64,000 nt of DNA from contig CACFSX010000001.1 in assembly GCA_902569095.1 (NCBI GenBank), forward strand, positions 9,575 to 73,574, in the 5' to 3' direction. A program made the position numbers and the translations under genes. The stretch comes from an uncultured Alphaproteobacteria bacterium. Its GTDB lineage: Bacteria > Pseudomonadota > Alphaproteobacteria > Methylaequorales > Methylaequoraceae. Below are positions 63,195 to 64,000 of this stretch, in pieces. The notes under the pieces were generated by a model that saw nothing but the letters and a program-made list of their open reading frames with translations, was not told the DNA's origin and made no database searches. Position 1 is the first letter of the stretch. The number at the start of each line of letters is the position of its first letter.

Positions 63195-64000
63195 AAAAAT
63201 AAAACAAATAAGACATTAAAAAAAACAATAACAAAATTAAAAATGTCACAGTAAATAATATCAATATAATGAACGTGGTTATATTAATTTCTATAAAAAA
63301 AGATGAATCAAAAAAATCAAAGTTTACTCCAAATAATTTCATTAACAAAGTACTCAGTAAATAAACAAAAATTGTACTAAGAATGGCGCCTGGAACTATT
63401 TTTTTTATAATACTTTGAGATATGTTTTTTGACAGTTCAAAACTGCTCGCTCCCATAATCTGTAACATCTCCAAAAATTTGAAGTTGCTTATTAAAGCAG
63501 CTTTTACAATATTCATAACCAAAAAAGCAAATAAGGTTACTATTACAAGACACATCATAAATATTATAAGTTTAATTCTATTAACAAATGATGATATTTC
63601 AAAAAGCTGATCTTCATGAGAATGTTTTTCAATTAACCTATTTTCAGAAATATCTATTGTAGCTGTATAAATTTCATCTATAAGAGATTTATCATCAGTT
63701 TTAATTTGAAATATGAATGGTAAGCTTAATCCAGACATATCTGTAAGATTTGATAATCCTAAACTTTCTTTTATTAGATTATTATCGATTATATCAAATT
63801 CAACTTTTGCTGACTTAGTTGAAAGATAAGTTTTAATTTTTTCCGAAACATCAAGAGGTATTTTTTTTTCATCAACTGAATTACTAATAATGAAAGTTGT
63901 TTTTTTTGATTCTAATTCCAACCAAATACTTGAAAATTTATAAAAATTGAAATAAACGGCTATATGTACAGTTATTAAACTAATTATTATAAATGATAAG
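63166..64000 (-). CDS. ftsX: FtsX-like permease (cell division protein FtsX), 5' end beyond the window
   Basis: The ORF track begins at TTG 63921, but the frame stays open to position 64000 and encodes a TM helix (LSFIIISLITVHIAVYF) upstream of it. A periplasmic domain is followed by three C-terminal TM helices. The ftsX-ydcF-plsC order is common in Alphaproteobacteria. Confidence 0.75.
   Translation of the reverse strand, partial: LSFIIISLITVHIAVYFNFYKFSSIWLELESKKTTFIISNSVDEKKIPLDVSEKIKTYLSTKSAKVEFDIIDNNLIKESLGLSNLTDMSGLSLPFIFQIKTDDKSLIDEIYTATIDISENRLIEKHSHEDQLFEISSFVNRIKLIIFMMCLVIVTLFAFLVMNIVKAALISNFKFLEMLQIMGASSFELSKNISQSIIKKIVPGAILSTIFVYLLSTLLMKLFGVNFDFFDSSFFIEINITTFIILILFTVTFLILLLFFLMSYLFYFFEKRFFDKF

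Overview
This is a very AT-rich (about 30% GC by eye, not computed), extremely gene-dense bacterial chromosome segment. I call 72 protein-coding genes, two of them cut by the window edges. By my tally of gaps between called CDSs, only about 1 kb (under 2%) is non-coding, and the largest spacer is 133 bp. Gene content and order match a typical alphaproteobacterial core genome: tadA; rluB-like/rsmD; mutL; pgi; an M16 peptidase pair; two lipoproteins; lspA-ileS-ribF; ftsY-mtaB-dapF; ffh-rpsP-rimM-trmD-rplS; leuCDB-asd; sdhCDAB; zapE; nadA-nadC; mdh-sucCD; DUF484-xerC; priA; atpHAGDC; rppH; ctpA-envC-like-gpmI-rlmH-rsfS-nadD-proAB-obg-rpmA-rplU; phaAB; gloB; metXW; hisC-tyrA; plsC-ydcF-ftsX. The AT-richness, the pervasive 1-35 nt gene overlaps and the near absence of intergenic DNA point to a streamlined Pelagibacterales (SAR11)-like genome. 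That assignment is inference only. I see no rRNA, tRNA, CRISPR array, transposase, prophage or defence-type cluster, and no convincing novel multi-gene system. This looks like ordinary core genome. The findings below are small-scale oddities: (1) near-identical 57-bp tandem repeats forming a long tail on ribosomal protein S16; (2) a rimM whose conserved N-terminus lies upstream of any canonical start codon; (3) a GC-rich terminator-like hairpin directly in front of ffh; (4) a triplicated heptamer in the metX-hisC spacer that allows alternative pairings; (5) repeated boxes and a recurring 10-mer in the few spacers that exist; (6) a 17-nt poly(A) run inside zapE; (7) convergent genes with overlapping 3' ends; (8) a few poorly characterised genes in conserved operon contexts (two lipoproteins, a double-ACT protein, a double hot-dog hydratase).
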